Positions 46,176-56,800 of a DNA stretch of 64,000 bases are shown piece after piece; within the stretch, counting starts at the first letter, position 1; each line of letters opens with the position of its first letter. Under the pieces are notes generated by a model. That model searched no databases. It saw only the letters and a program-made list of their open reading frames with translations, and was not told the DNA's origin. This DNA is from a virus (Duplodnaviria > Caudoviricetes). The position numbers and the translations under genes are program-made. Location of the stretch: the IMG/VR virus record IMGVR_UViG_3300033463_000086, positions 12,349 to 76,348 of that record; one strand, given 5' to 3'.

Positions 46176-47804
46176 ATGGATAGCACAATTACTGTAAACA
46201 CATCCACTGACGCACAGACCCCGAACGAGCGAATCTTCAATCGGGTCAATGCCTATTATCTTGCAACAAGAAATACTTGGCGAAAAGCTCTAAAGGCATA
46301 TAATGGCGGCACGGGTTATTTGAAGGAAACGCTTAGGAAACACCCATCCGAAACAGATGAAGAGTTTCAGGAGCGTGTGGACAACTCTTATAATATCAAC
46401 TTAATCAAATACAGCGTCAAGGAGTTCGGCAATTACATTTTCTCCAAGACACCGCGAAGAAACAACGCGGATGAGGAAATCGTAAAGGACTTTGACCGCC
46501 AACAGAAGCAGGTGAACGAAGTTATGTGGAATCTGTTTCTGTATCATAACCTTTGCGGTCTCACTTGGGCTTTGGTTGATATGCCGCAATTCAGAGGCAA
46601 CGAGATTGACATAAAGACCAAACAGGAGCAGAAGATTCGTCCGTGGTGTAAGGTACTTTCTCCGCTTGCCGTTCCTGACTGGTGCTTTGATAAGTTCGGC
46701 AACCTTGAATGGATTATTATTGAGGAGTTCGTTGTTGAGAAGGACAATCCGTTTGCGGAACCTAAACTCATAAAGAAACGCACCCTCTATACGAAGACCT
46801 ACTATCAGGTGTTCTCTGCTATTATTGCCAGCCCGACTGCATCTGTAAAAAACAATGAGATTCGGGTAGGCAGAAAGATTAGGAACACTATTGGTGTGGT
46901 TCCTGTCATTCCGTATAGCGACCTTCTGTTTGATAAGGACTTCAATACTCCTGAGATTGCTGACATCCTTACAATTTATGATGCGATTCTGGCAGGTGAA
47001 TCCGAGCTTCTCACCAATATCCTGAAGCAGACATACGGACAGCTTGTACTTCCCATGTCTTCGCACTCTATGGTGAGCAAAGTCAAGGCTCGTCTGTCTG
47101 AGGCTGGAATCGACCCAAATTCTCCGGCTACCACAGCAATCATAACTCAGGAAATCGGTATGGAGCTGTCTCGTACAAAGGCAATTTACGAAGACGAGGG
47201 CGAGAAACAGATTGCCCGGTACATCCAACCAGCCGGAGCTACCACGGAATCCATTATCAACCACAATGACCGTCTGCTTGCTCTTACAATGAAGATTACA
47301 GGCTTCCTTGTCGGTGTTTCCACTACACAGCGTGAATCGGCAGACAGCAAGGCGGTGGATAATGCTTCTCTTGCCGCACAGCTCATACGTATTGCAAGCC
47401 GACTTGAGGAGCTTGAGCTGAATATCTGGAAGCTGTTCAATATGTTTGACCCATCTATTCAGGTCCCGAAGGTTGTTTACAGCAAGGACTATGATATTCA
47501 CGAGTTCAAGGCTGTTATTGCTGGTATTGTTGAGCTTGCAAACGTCAATGGCGGCGACAATTTCAAACAGCAGGTACTTAGGACTGCGGTTCATGCTATG
47601 GACAGTATTCATCGGATTCCTGACGAAACATACGAACAGATTATGGATGATATTGAAAACGGCAAAACATCCGCACTTCCTCCTACTTTTTCCGGCAAGG
47701 CAGATTACATTTCAGATACCTCCGGGAGCAGACCTGACAGTGTAAGAGCCAAGACGGATTATGACGGCTCGAACGAAAAAATAGGAAAAACTGAAAAAAT
47801 TTAA
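46176..47804 (+). CDS. Portal protein
   Basis: Follows terL; ~540 aa; YLKETLRKHPSE...RVDNS, DFDR, PLAVPDW, ESADSK. Confidence 0.85.
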   Translation: MDSTITVNTSTDAQTPNERIFNRVNAYYLATRNTWRKALKAYNGGTGYLKETLRKHPSETDEEFQERVDNSYNINLIKYSVKEFGNYIFSKTPRRNNADEEIVKDFDRQQKQVNEVMWNLFLYHNLCGLTWALVDMPQFRGNEIDIKTKQEQKIRPWCKVLSPLAVPDWCFDKFGNLEWIIIEEFVVEKDNPFAEPKLIKKRTLYTKTYYQVFSAIIASPTASVKNNEIRVGRKIRNTIGVVPVIPYSDLLFDKDFNTPEIADILTIYDAILAGESELLTNILKQTYGQLVLPMSSHSMVSKVKARLSEAGIDPNSPATTAIITQEIGMELSRTKAIYEDEGEKQIARYIQPAGATTESIINHNDRLLALTMKITGFLVGVSTTQRESADSKAVDNASLAAQLIRIASRLEELELNIWKLFNMFDPSIQVPKVVYSKDYDIHEFKAVIAGIVELANVNGGDNFKQQVLRTAVHAMDSIHRIPDETYEQIMDDIENGKTSALPPTFSGKADYISDTSGSRPDSVRAKTDYDGSNEKIGKTEKI

Positions 47805-47852
47805 TACTTATGTTGCAGATTTACTTGCAATATACTCACTTTCCACTATATT
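47803..47852 (+). promoter_or_regulatory. Late-class promoter of scaffold/capsid
   Basis: TATGTTGCAGAT-N4-TTGCAA-N16-TATATT. Confidence 0.7.
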
Positions 47853-47909
47853 ATGTACCAGCAGACTAAACTGCGATAACAAATGATAACACAACATAGA
47901 GGATTCACA

Positions 47910-48542
47910 ATGACTTACGAAGAACTGTCCGCAAAACTCAAAAAAGGAGAACCTCTGACAGAAGAGGAGTTCAAAGAGTTCGGGAAAGTTACACGCCCGA
48001 CTGAACGCTTCAACGAGGTCTCCGCAGAAAAACAGAAACTTAACGACCAGATTAAGGAGTTGAACACACAGATTGAAACTCTCAATGCTGAAAAGCTCAA
48101 GCTCACTCAGCAGAATGATGATGCTTTCAATGCCAAGCTCTCCGAAATCACTGGCGCACTTGAGACGCTGAAAGGAGAAAATGAAAACCTGAAGAATGCA
48201 AATCAGAAATATGAGCGTCTTCAGAAGGTCAGTCAGATTGCTAACACAACCTGCAAGACCGTGGCAAATGCTACGTTCAAGGATGCTGACTATCTTTCTG
48301 TTCTCCTTGAAAGAAAAGGGGTGGACCTTACAAAAGAGGAGGATGTCAAAAAGGCTATCCTCGAAATCAAAGAGGAAAAGCCCGAACAGTTTGTCGTTAC
48401 AGTCAATTCCGGTTCTGGTGCAGGTGGAGAACCTAATAACCAGACATCGGGTGAAAAACCTGAGTTCAAAACACAAGAAGACCGAGTTGATTTCATAGCT
48501 AAACACGGCTTTGAAGAATATAAGAAACTTAAAGGAGATTGA
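47910..48542 (+). CDS. Capsid scaffolding protein
   Basis: Coiled coil, PEQF...GSGAGG, directly before the capsid gene. Confidence 0.8.
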   Translation: MTYEELSAKLKKGEPLTEEEFKEFGKVTRPTERFNEVSAEKQKLNDQIKELNTQIETLNAEKLKLTQQNDDAFNAKLSEITGALETLKGENENLKNANQKYERLQKVSQIANTTCKTVANATFKDADYLSVLLERKGVDLTKEEDVKKAILEIKEEKPEQFVVTVNSGSGAGGEPNNQTSGEKPEFKTQEDRVDFIAKHGFEEYKKLKGD

Positions 48543-48544
48543 TT

Positions 48545-49621
48545 ATGGCTATCACACTTCTTTCCGACCTTCTTCCGTATGCGAATCAGTTCCGTGAAGG
48601 TTACATTGATTCGATGGTTGAGGCTTCTCGCCTTTTCAATGAAGGCTCCAACGGCGCAATCCGCTTTACCGATTCTGATGCCAAGGGTACTCTGACCAAG
48701 ACTGCCTACTTCAAGGATTTCGGTACTGTCAGTCGGCGCGACATTACTTCTACTTCCGACCAGACCCCGGAAAAGATTGAACGTGCTGAACACACCATGT
48801 TCCGCACCTACTTCAAGCTGAATGCCATTGAATGGCAAGATGAGGCTTTCTGGACCTCTGACCGTATGCAACAGGACGCCATCATGTATATGATTGGCGG
48901 TCAGCTTGCCAAGAAGAAGATGCAGGAATCCATCAAACAGGCTATCAACATCGCCTCTACCGCGATTGTTTCTGGTGATGGTGCTACGCATAAGACCGTT
49001 CTTGACCTGACCTCCCCCAAGCAAAACTTCCTTCAGCCGCAGGTCAACCTTGCGCGTATGAAGTTTGGTGCTGAGTACGGTCGCCTCAAGATTATGGTCA
49101 TGCATTCCAGTGTGTTCTTCGCTCTGGTTCAGAATCAGACCCTCAACTACATGTATGACCTCGGCGGCGGCGTTACGCTCTACGGTGGCATCCCTGCTAC
49201 TATGGGTATGCCGTTCATCGTGTCCGACCAGCCGTCCCTCATCTACACCTCTGGTGATGATGTCTTCTACAAGACCCTCCTCCTGACTGATTCCGCCATT
49301 ACTCTGGCTGACGCAGGTCCTATCCGCGCCAACCTTCAGACTGTCGGCGGCAAGGAAAACATTTCCCATCTGTATCAGGCTGAATGGTCTATGTGGAACA
49401 ACGTCAAGGGCTATCAGCTCAAGGCTGCCGCTAACCCGGATTCCAATCCGTCTGACAGCACTCTGACCACATCCTCGAATTGGGAACAGTGGGTGGCTGA
49501 TACCAAGAATACCGCTGGTGTTCTTGTTAAGTCCATCGCTGACCCGGCTTCCATCCAGCAGGTCATTAACGTGCGTTACGTTTCTGATGACGCTGGCTCC
49601 GGCTCTGGTTCCGGCTCCTAA
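48545..49621 (+). CDS. Major capsid protein with C-terminal GSGSGS tail
   Basis: HK97-fold-like pattern (LFNEGSNGAI, SRRD, VMHSSVF, LLLTDSAI), strong C-ending codon bias, terminator downstream. Confidence 0.85.
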   Translation: MAITLLSDLLPYANQFREGYIDSMVEASRLFNEGSNGAIRFTDSDAKGTLTKTAYFKDFGTVSRRDITSTSDQTPEKIERAEHTMFRTYFKLNAIEWQDEAFWTSDRMQQDAIMYMIGGQLAKKKMQESIKQAINIASTAIVSGDGATHKTVLDLTSPKQNFLQPQVNLARMKFGAEYGRLKIMVMHSSVFFALVQNQTLNYMYDLGGGVTLYGGIPATMGMPFIVSDQPSLIYTSGDDVFYKTLLLTDSAITLADAGPIRANLQTVGGKENISHLYQAEWSMWNNVKGYQLKAAANPDSNPSDSTLTTSSNWEQWVADTKNTAGVLVKSIADPASIQQVINVRYVSDDAGSGSGSGS

Positions 49622-49632
49622 TCGGAACTGAT

Positions 49633-49676
49633 TGTGGGTGGTGTGGGACCTTGAAATCCCACACCATCTACATTTC
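49633..49676 (+). terminator. Terminator after capsid gene
   Basis: TGTGGGTGGTGTGGGA / TCCCACACCATCTACA stem. Confidence 0.6.
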
Positions 49677-49689
49677 ATAAGGAATTGAC

Positions 49690-50145
49690 ATGAAGTTTAG
49701 TATACCAACTATTCTGTACGACCCGGAAACATTCCCCCAAGCACAAATCTACGCAGAAGTATGGGGTATCTACGCAAAAGATTTATCCTCATTGTTAAAA
49801 TGGAATAGCATTAAGCCAGAGCATTTCGATTACGGTGATATTTACTTCGCTGTACGGAATGACAAATACAAACAAATTGAAGATGAACATAAGAAGTATT
49901 TTCACTGCGAGTACCTTGAAGACTTACCGGATTATAGGGGTTGCGATAGATACAAAAAGTATGCAGAATTAGTGAAGGCTGGACTTCATGTTTTTGAGGA
50001 CATGAGGAAAATGCTTGCAAACAGGGCTTACCAGAAAGAAGTAGCTGACCGGGAAAAGAATGGTGAGTATCTTGACGAAAAGCCAGATGAAAAGCTATCT
50101 CCGAAGGTCAAGAAATCGTTGAAGAAGAGAGGGTTACATGCTTAA
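49690..50145 (+). CDS. Hypothetical protein
   Basis: ORF track, RBS. Confidence 0.65.
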   Translation: MKFSIPTILYDPETFPQAQIYAEVWGIYAKDLSSLLKWNSIKPEHFDYGDIYFAVRNDKYKQIEDEHKKYFHCEYLEDLPDYRGCDRYKKYAELVKAGLHVFEDMRKMLANRAYQKEVADREKNGEYLDEKPDEKLSPKVKKSLKKRGLHA

Positions 50146-50683
50146 TACAGTTGAAATGGCGGATTCGTACTTTGCCTCTAATTTCTTCTACAAGGACACA
50201 TGGGCTGGTATTGAACTGGAAGATAAGAAGTCGCTCATTGAGACAGCAGAGAGAGACGTCAACGCTTATTTGATGGCTCAGGACGTTGACATTAATGTTG
50301 TATATAATACCTTTTTAAGCAGTAAGAAGACAAGTGAACTGACATTCTGGGTCTGCGGTAATCAGGCTATTTATTACAAGGATAATGTGACTTCTTGGGG
50401 CACACCAACAGCCACATTGGGTAATTTCAAACCTACTTGCTACCAGTGTGCGGTGTTCGAGTGGGCTATCTTTATTTTCATGCACAAGGACGCTATTCTT
50501 AGGGCGTTTGATGATATTGGACGTGATGCTACAAGCGTTAAGGTGGACAACATTGGTGCTGAGACTTATTGGACACGTAGAACTGACGGTTTGCAGTCTG
50601 ATAAATATATGCAGATTTTCAAGAAATCCCCTGCTATGCGCTTTTTAGATATGATACCAAAGAACATAAGGATTATACGCTGA
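50138..50683 (+). CDS. Head-tail adaptor (putative)
   Basis: TVEMADSYF...W...EDKKSLIETA pattern; position. Confidence 0.6.
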   Translation: MLNTVEMADSYFASNFFYKDTWAGIELEDKKSLIETAERDVNAYLMAQDVDINVVYNTFLSSKKTSELTFWVCGNQAIYYKDNVTSWGTPTATLGNFKPTCYQCAVFEWAIFIFMHKDAILRAFDDIGRDATSVKVDNIGAETYWTRRTDGLQSDKYMQIFKKSPAMRFLDMIPKNIRIIR

Positions 50684-51084
50684 TGTTTGAAGTTCTGAAA
50701 GAGCCTCGGAATCGAATGATAATCCGAGAGTGCGTTTATGATAGAGACGGTGATTTTGTTTGCAGTTTTGATATTGGTGAGTGTTACGGAATCTTTACGA
50801 AACGAGAAGCCGCTGATATTGAGGCAGATACAGCAAACAGAAACGCGAATGAATCTGTCGGCGTGTTCTATAAATACTTTGGTGTTCAGGAAAAGGTGAT
50901 TGACAAAAAGACCTATACTTCTACATTTGATGAGCCTTTTGTTACGACTGGCGAAAGAACCTGCGTTGCAATATGGAGAGGCAAGGCTTATACAATCACA
51001 AAGGTTGGTTACAGTTACGATGTTCACGGAAACTTTGTAGGCTTCAAGCTGTGGAGCAGTAATGAAAACGTGAAGTTCTATTGA
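50683..51084 (+). CDS. Head closure protein (putative)
   Basis: Position and beta-rich 133 aa. Confidence 0.5.
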   Translation: MFEVLKEPRNRMIIRECVYDRDGDFVCSFDIGECYGIFTKREAADIEADTANRNANESVGVFYKYFGVQEKVIDKKTYTSTFDEPFVTTGERTCVAIWRGKAYTITKVGYSYDVHGNFVGFKLWSSNENVKFY

Positions 51085-51092
51085 GGTTATAT

Positions 51093-52046
51093 ATGGGTGC
51101 AAATAGGTTTATCACAGGTAATGTAAATACTGTACTTCTTCGGTCTACACAACTGAAGGGTATGAGTGTTCAGCTTGTGGTTACAGAACGAGGTATGTCA
51201 CCAAAAAACGTGACAAACCTAATGCTGGCTTCTCACAAACGCTATATGCGTAAGATTGCACAGCTTATGGTATATGCTTCTCGTTGTCTTGCACCAACTT
51301 CTCACGGTGATGGTACATATCACGAGGGGTCTCTTACTGATAGTATTATAGCCCAATATAATCCAATGCAGGGTGGTAAGTATTCGTTTACAATCGGTGT
51401 TGACGGTACTAATTGGAACTCTGATTATGATGAACGCTATATGAAGCATTATCATAGAGAACCGCCTTGGGGTACATTGAAGACAAGTAAGAATAATATC
51501 CTTTACATTCTACATGACCACTGGAATTATCTTATTCAGCGTATGGAGAATTGGAGACAGAATACATACGGTTCTATCTTAAAAGACTTGCATCCGGGTG
51601 AATCCCTGAGCAGTGCTATTGCTGATATGAAAAGGCAGGGCTTGGCTGTACCCGGTACACGCAGTGGTCGTAGCCGCAAGTATGTTATGGATGAATATAC
51701 TGCCAAACAACGCGCTGAAAATAAGCAGAGTATGTGGGGAAGTTATTATACGGAGGTCTTACCGTTCATTAGTGGCTATAAAGTAGGTGAAAAATTCCTG
51801 TATAATGGTGTAAAGGCAATCTGGGATAATGCTTCTAAAACAAAAGAATATAAACATTTCTTTGAACAAACAATGAATATGAGTAAGGGTTTGTTATTTT
51901 CTCGACATGGTTTAACAGGTGATTTGGCTGGTCAGGTTGATGTGTATGATAGAGCTGTTGTTGCTGATTCTTGGGTAACAAAGGCACGTACTGTTAGACC
52001 ATATCATAAGAAATCTACACCAGAAATACCCGGACTGACGCGGTGA
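51093..52046 (+). CDS. Neck / tail-component protein (putative; start approximate)
   Basis: LAPTSHG...GSLTDSI, YILHDH as in gp10-like neck proteins. Confidence 0.5.
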   Translation: MGANRFITGNVNTVLLRSTQLKGMSVQLVVTERGMSPKNVTNLMLASHKRYMRKIAQLMVYASRCLAPTSHGDGTYHEGSLTDSIIAQYNPMQGGKYSFTIGVDGTNWNSDYDERYMKHYHREPPWGTLKTSKNNILYILHDHWNYLIQRMENWRQNTYGSILKDLHPGESLSSAIADMKRQGLAVPGTRSGRSRKYVMDEYTAKQRAENKQSMWGSYYTEVLPFISGYKVGEKFLYNGVKAIWDNASKTKEYKHFFEQTMNMSKGLLFSRHGLTGDLAGQVDVYDRAVVADSWVTKARTVRPYHKKSTPEIPGLTR

Positions 52047-52053
52047 GGTTAAT

Positions 52054-52443
52054 ATGAGTAATTCAAACAGAATAAAAAAAGTTGAAGATTTCATTTGTGA
52101 TAGGTTAGATGCAATTTTCAATGATTCTATCAAACTGCAAAAAGAGTTTGATGCATCTAAAGAGTGTCGCTCTGTCAGTATTGCTGGGTTGGGGCGCACC
52201 ACAGATGACCAGCATACGATGCTGGGTGGTACATTAGATTACATCGCTTGCCGTACAAAACGAAGTGATGCAGTAGCTGATATAGATAAAATACAAAAAA
52301 ACTTCAACATTTATAATACTTATGTTGCAGATGGACTTGTAATTTCAGTGGTTCTGGTATATATTACATCTCCAATGAGAACTATTGTGGATTCTCATTA
52401 CGGATGGACTTATACAGCGACTTTTGAAGTTACTACTACATAA
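52054..52443 (+). CDS. Tail terminator/completion protein (putative)
   Basis: Position before tail tube; YTATFEV end. Confidence 0.55.
   Translation: MSNSNRIKKVEDFICDRLDAIFNDSIKLQKEFDASKECRSVSIAGLGRTTDDQHTMLGGTLDYIACRTKRSDAVADIDKIQKNFNIYNTYVADGLVISVVLVYITSPMRTIVDSHYGWTYTATFEVTTT
52315..52365 (+). promoter_or_regulatory. Late-class promoter inside the completion gene, serving the tail tube gene
   Basis: AATACTTATGTTGCAGAT (18 bp identical to 47803-47820)-N4-TTGTAA-N17-TATATT. Confidence 0.65.
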
Positions 52444-52456
52444 AGGAGATATTACA

Positions 52457-52945
52457 ATGAGCAGACCTTCTTCCTTCACACCGAACCCAAACAAAATCAA
52501 AATGGGTCCTGCTATCGTGGTTTACGATAGCGCACAGCTCGGCTACACTATGAATGATAGTGTCAGCATCAATCTTACTCAGGAAACCACTCCGATTCAG
52601 CCTGACCAAGCCTCTGTGCCTATCGCTGACCGTGTTACTGGTATGGAATGTACTGTTGACATGGAACTTGGCGATACCAGCAAGGATATTATCAAGCTGA
52701 TTCCCGGCGGTGACGAAACTGGCGTGAAAGACCCGACTGGCATCGACATGCTTGCCACAGGTAAGGTTCTTGAGATTTATCCTCTTGACACCAATGACAC
52801 CCGCGTTTTCATCTTCCAGAAGGCTACACCCATTCTGAATGGTGCAATCAACTTTGCTCGTGAAACGCCGTCTGCCCTTCCGCTTCAGTTCAAGTGCTAC
52901 GTTGCCTCCGCTGGCGAGTACATTATGAAGTTCACGGAATCCTAA
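52457..52945 (+). CDS. Major tail tube protein
   Basis: KIKMGPA...LGYT, LEIYPL, LPLQFKC; AAGGAG RBS; biased codons. Confidence 0.75.
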   Translation: MSRPSSFTPNPNKIKMGPAIVVYDSAQLGYTMNDSVSINLTQETTPIQPDQASVPIADRVTGMECTVDMELGDTSKDIIKLIPGGDETGVKDPTGIDMLATGKVLEIYPLDTNDTRVFIFQKATPILNGAINFARETPSALPLQFKCYVASAGEYIMKFTES

Positions 52946-52977
52946 TCTCATAACTCAAATAAAGAGGTACATTATAC

Positions 52978-53523
52978 ATGAGTGAAGATGTTGTCGGTAT
53001 TGACTTTGAGGCTCTTAACACCTTCCGCGAAAATGTGGAGGCTAAACTGCCGAACGGTAAGCTCGTGAAACTGCCGCTTATCACCCTGCGTGATGCGGCT
53101 ACTGCGAACATTTACCTGCGTAAGTTTGACCTCCTCCGCACTAAGTATTCGCTCGAAGCAACCAAACTCATGGAGCTTGGTGAAGGGGCGAAGGAACAAG
53201 GTGAGGTGGAAGACAATGAAGCCAACATCAAACTGCTTTCCAAGGCTACTGACGCGGCTATGGAGGCTATCAATCGTTCTAAGGAGCTGATTGATGCTAC
53301 CAATGCCCTGATTGACGAGGTTCTTGTTTTCATGGAGCCTTACGTCAGCGATATTCAGGTTGATGAAAATACAGGATTCATTGGTTTCCTTCGTCAGTCC
53401 GAACCAACCTTCACGATTCGCGTCTTGCAGTGTATGATGTACGGTAAAGCCGCTATTGCTGACGAGGCAGAGGATTCCGAGGCTAAAGAGGAAGACGCAG
53501 ATGAAAAAAAAATGACGGAGTAG
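52978..53523 (+). CDS. Tail assembly chaperone (G)
   Basis: Between tail tube and tape measure; ends in an A9 slippery run. Confidence 0.8.
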   Translation: MSEDVVGIDFEALNTFRENVEAKLPNGKLVKLPLITLRDAATANIYLRKFDLLRTKYSLEATKLMELGEGAKEQGEVEDNEANIKLLSKATDAAMEAINRSKELIDATNALIDEVLVFMEPYVSDIQVDENTGFIGFLRQSEPTFTIRVLQCMMYGKAAIADEAEDSEAKEEDADEKKMTE

Positions 53524-53846
53524 TACCCGAATTTCTTGACGTTGAGTACATGTGCATCGTCATAATGAGGGTCTTTTCCGCCTACACAATGAATCTGCTA
53601 CTGGAACTGCCTTTCTGTCATGTATTGGCTTTATACCACATGGCAGAAAAGGCAGTATCTTTATTTAGGTTTGACATTTTAATTGGCAACGCTTCTCTGC
53701 ATGATGAACAAATGGCAAAAGGGTTACAGAGAGTTGCCAAAACTGCTACAATAGCTGACCGCCAGAAGATGAAGGAATTGACATCTAAACGGAATAGAGA
53801 GGCAATCATGAAGAGAGCCAGAGAGAAGAGGTTAGTCCATGCCTAA
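53505..53846 (+). CDS. Frameshifted GT extension of the tail assembly chaperone
   Basis: A AAA AAA at 53505-53511; -1 frame open through 53846. Confidence 0.75.
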   Translation, partial: KKNDGVVPEFLDVEYMCIVIMRVFSAYTMNLLLELPFCHVLALYHMAEKAVSLFRFDILIGNASLHDEQMAKGLQRVAKTATIADRQKMKELTSKRNREAIMKRAREKRLVHA

Positions 53847-56800
53847 TATTCTTGACCTGTCTGCGCGTTTAAGTGCTGACGTTAGACCTTTTGTAAATTC
53901 TATGGCGTCTGGGGCTAATGCGTCCCATACGACATTTCAGAATATAGCGCAAGCCGCAACAATGTACCTTGGGGCGCGTGGTCTCTTAGGTACGCTTAAT
54001 CGTGCAAACCAAGCCTCAATGGAATTTGGGCAGAGCTTGGCTGACGCATCCGCAATCTCCACCCTCAGTGTGAAAGAGATTGGGGACGCTCTTATGTCTC
54101 TGGATAACGTTTTCGGTCGTGTCTCCAAGGCGTCTCAGTCCATGTACCGCATCCTTTCGTCCGGCTTTAGTCAACTGGATGCAAGTCAGTTGGTGCAGTT
54201 TCAGAAAGCAGTTGGTATTTCTGCTAAGGTTATTCGTGCTGACCTGTATAACACAGCAGACGTCATGACCACTATCGCCAATGCTTACCAACTGAATATC
54301 AAGGAAATCGAAAAATTACAGGACTGGTTCTACATTACAGTCCGTGAAGGTAAAGCTCAGGGTCAGGATTTGGCTCGTACCCTCGGTCTTGTCATTAACA
54401 GTGCGTCCGAGGCTGGTGTGTCCCTGAATGAGTTAGGCGCGGCTATTGCTGTGCTTTCTCGTACTCAGTCTGTTTCGCAGTCCATGATTGGCTTGAACCA
54501 GATGCTAAACGCCTTCATCAAACCGACCCTTCAAGCCCAAGCCGCTGCACGTAAATGGGGTATCGAAATCAGTGCTACGGCGTTACAGGAAAAAGGTCTT
54601 ACCAATATCCTGACAGAGCTGAATCAGAAGGTTGGCGGTAATGTTGAAGCACTTGAAAAGATGTTCGGTAACATTCGTGCCGGACGCGCTATCCTTTCTC
54701 TTACTGGTAAGCAGTTCCATAACTACCTGAACGTGGTTGACATGTATAACCACGAGGCTGGTGCTGGCATGGAGGCGTTTGAAAAGCAGATTGATACTGT
54801 TCAGAACGCTTATGAGAGATTACAGGCACAGCAAGAGAAAACGCTTATCACTGTTGGTGATGATTGGGGTAACGTCAGGAAAGCGATTTACAATACTGGT
54901 GAAGTGCTTCTTAAAGCATTTTCTGATACAAGCTCGATTGCAAGATGGAGTGTGTACCTTACTGGTATCAATTTGGCTGTAAAAAATATTATAGCAGTCA
55001 TAAATAATTTGAGGGATTCAGTCAACAGCGTAACGCGCTCTGTTGATAGGATGACTGCTTCATTCACAAGAGCCTCTGCTACGTCTTATGGTATCGGTAA
55101 TGGTGTGATTCGTGCTGACATAGCAAAATTACGTAAAAAAGCGGCAAATGCGAATCTTGCTCTGACTGGTGATTTCAAACCACTTCTGGAAAGAAATGAC
55201 CAGATTCTTCGTGGTGCAACTCCGTGGTTTAATCTGAAAAACCAACATGGTATTGCACAGAAAAATAACCCATATTCTGTTATAGCGCAGAATACCCTCA
55301 GCCCATACGTTCGTGAGCATCAGGTTATAGCGCATAATATTGCCAGAAACTTTATGAAGCAGTATTTTGTGAAGTACGAAGACATTACTGACCCGGTTAC
55401 TGGCAAGGTAGTTGATTGGAAAGTCAAAAACGCTGAAACAGGCTTCAAGTATAAAGCAACGCATAATCAACTTGAAAAACAGCTTACAAAGAGTGTGTTC
55501 ATACAGAATGAAAAGAGTATGAACGTGCTTAGGAAGTATATAAACTCTGCGCGTCAGACAAAAATTTCTGCTGAAAGTGCTGAGAAGAGGTTGATAAATG
55601 AATCCAATATGCGTGTCGGCAATTTTTATGCACAGCCACACGGTTTCAGAACAGGTACAATCAACCGTCTTTACAGGAATCAGAGTTCTCTTGACCGCCT
55701 TGCTGATATGAAGCAAGCTCGTTTTGCCAAGAGCCATCGTATAATGAACTGGATGGGCATGAATCCTTACGACAGGGGTTCTGGTATCGGTCGTTGGTGG
55801 ATGCAACATTCTATGGGTCGTTCCTTCCAGTATCGTGGTAAAACGCTTGTGCAAGAACCGCATTGGTTCTTCAAGGCTGGTAACAAGATTGGTTCTGGAA
55901 TAGGTAAAGAGCTTGGCAAATTTACAGGTTCCATAGGTAAAACTATGGGTGTTGCCTTTAATGCTGTTGCTACTGTTGGTCTGATGAAGTTTGCTTGGGA
56001 TTTTGGGAAGAAAATCGGTGAAAGCATAGGTGAATCCCTGAATCTGAAAGACACAGAATTTTTCCAGTGGTTAGGTCGCGCAGTCACAACAGGCGATTGG
56101 ATGGGTCTTGGACCATCTACAGCACAGGTTGAAGCACGAAACATTCACTCTAACGCACAAGCAAGAAACAATACGTTCAACAAGCTGATTGATGATATGC
56201 GTAAGGCTAAAATCTCTCCTGATAAGATTTTGACATATCAGGAACAGATGGCAGAACAGTACATCAAGGCTATGGGTAAAGACCTCAAATCCGCACAAGA
56301 AGCAACTGAGGCTATGAATGCCATTATTGACAATATCGTTCAGGACCTCAAGGATTACAGAGAAACAGTCAATGCGCGTACTCAGCTTGAAGAGGCGTAT
56401 CGTGCGCTTCGTCCTGTTGACCGTGAAAAAGAACTTAATACCGCAGAGAAGTCGTACATCAGGAGTTATATGTCCAGAGAGGGTATGGCTATGAACGGTG
56501 TTACACGCGGTCTGTTTGAAGAATTTATGAAGAACCCTCAAGGTTTCACAAAAGCATTTAGTAAGTTCAACGCTTTTGAGTATAATGAAGCTGGTCTGAA
56601 GCAGTATTTTGATGAACTCGGTATTGACGCAAGTAATATCGCCTTGAATAATAGACTTTTGCTGAATGAGGGAATCAAGGAAGTTCTTTCGGTGTCCAAT
56701 CTTATGCGACAGGACAAGGCAGTACAAAAGGCGAATCAGCAGGTCCAGCGGAATAAGGTAATCAATGCAAGCAGCCGAGCCGCCGCCAACTCCCTGTCTG

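Noticed and set aside
46401-49678. Long minus-strand ORFs (403, 232 and 462 aa) over portal, scaffold and capsid
   Set aside because: Antisense shadows caused by codon bias; no RBS or motifs
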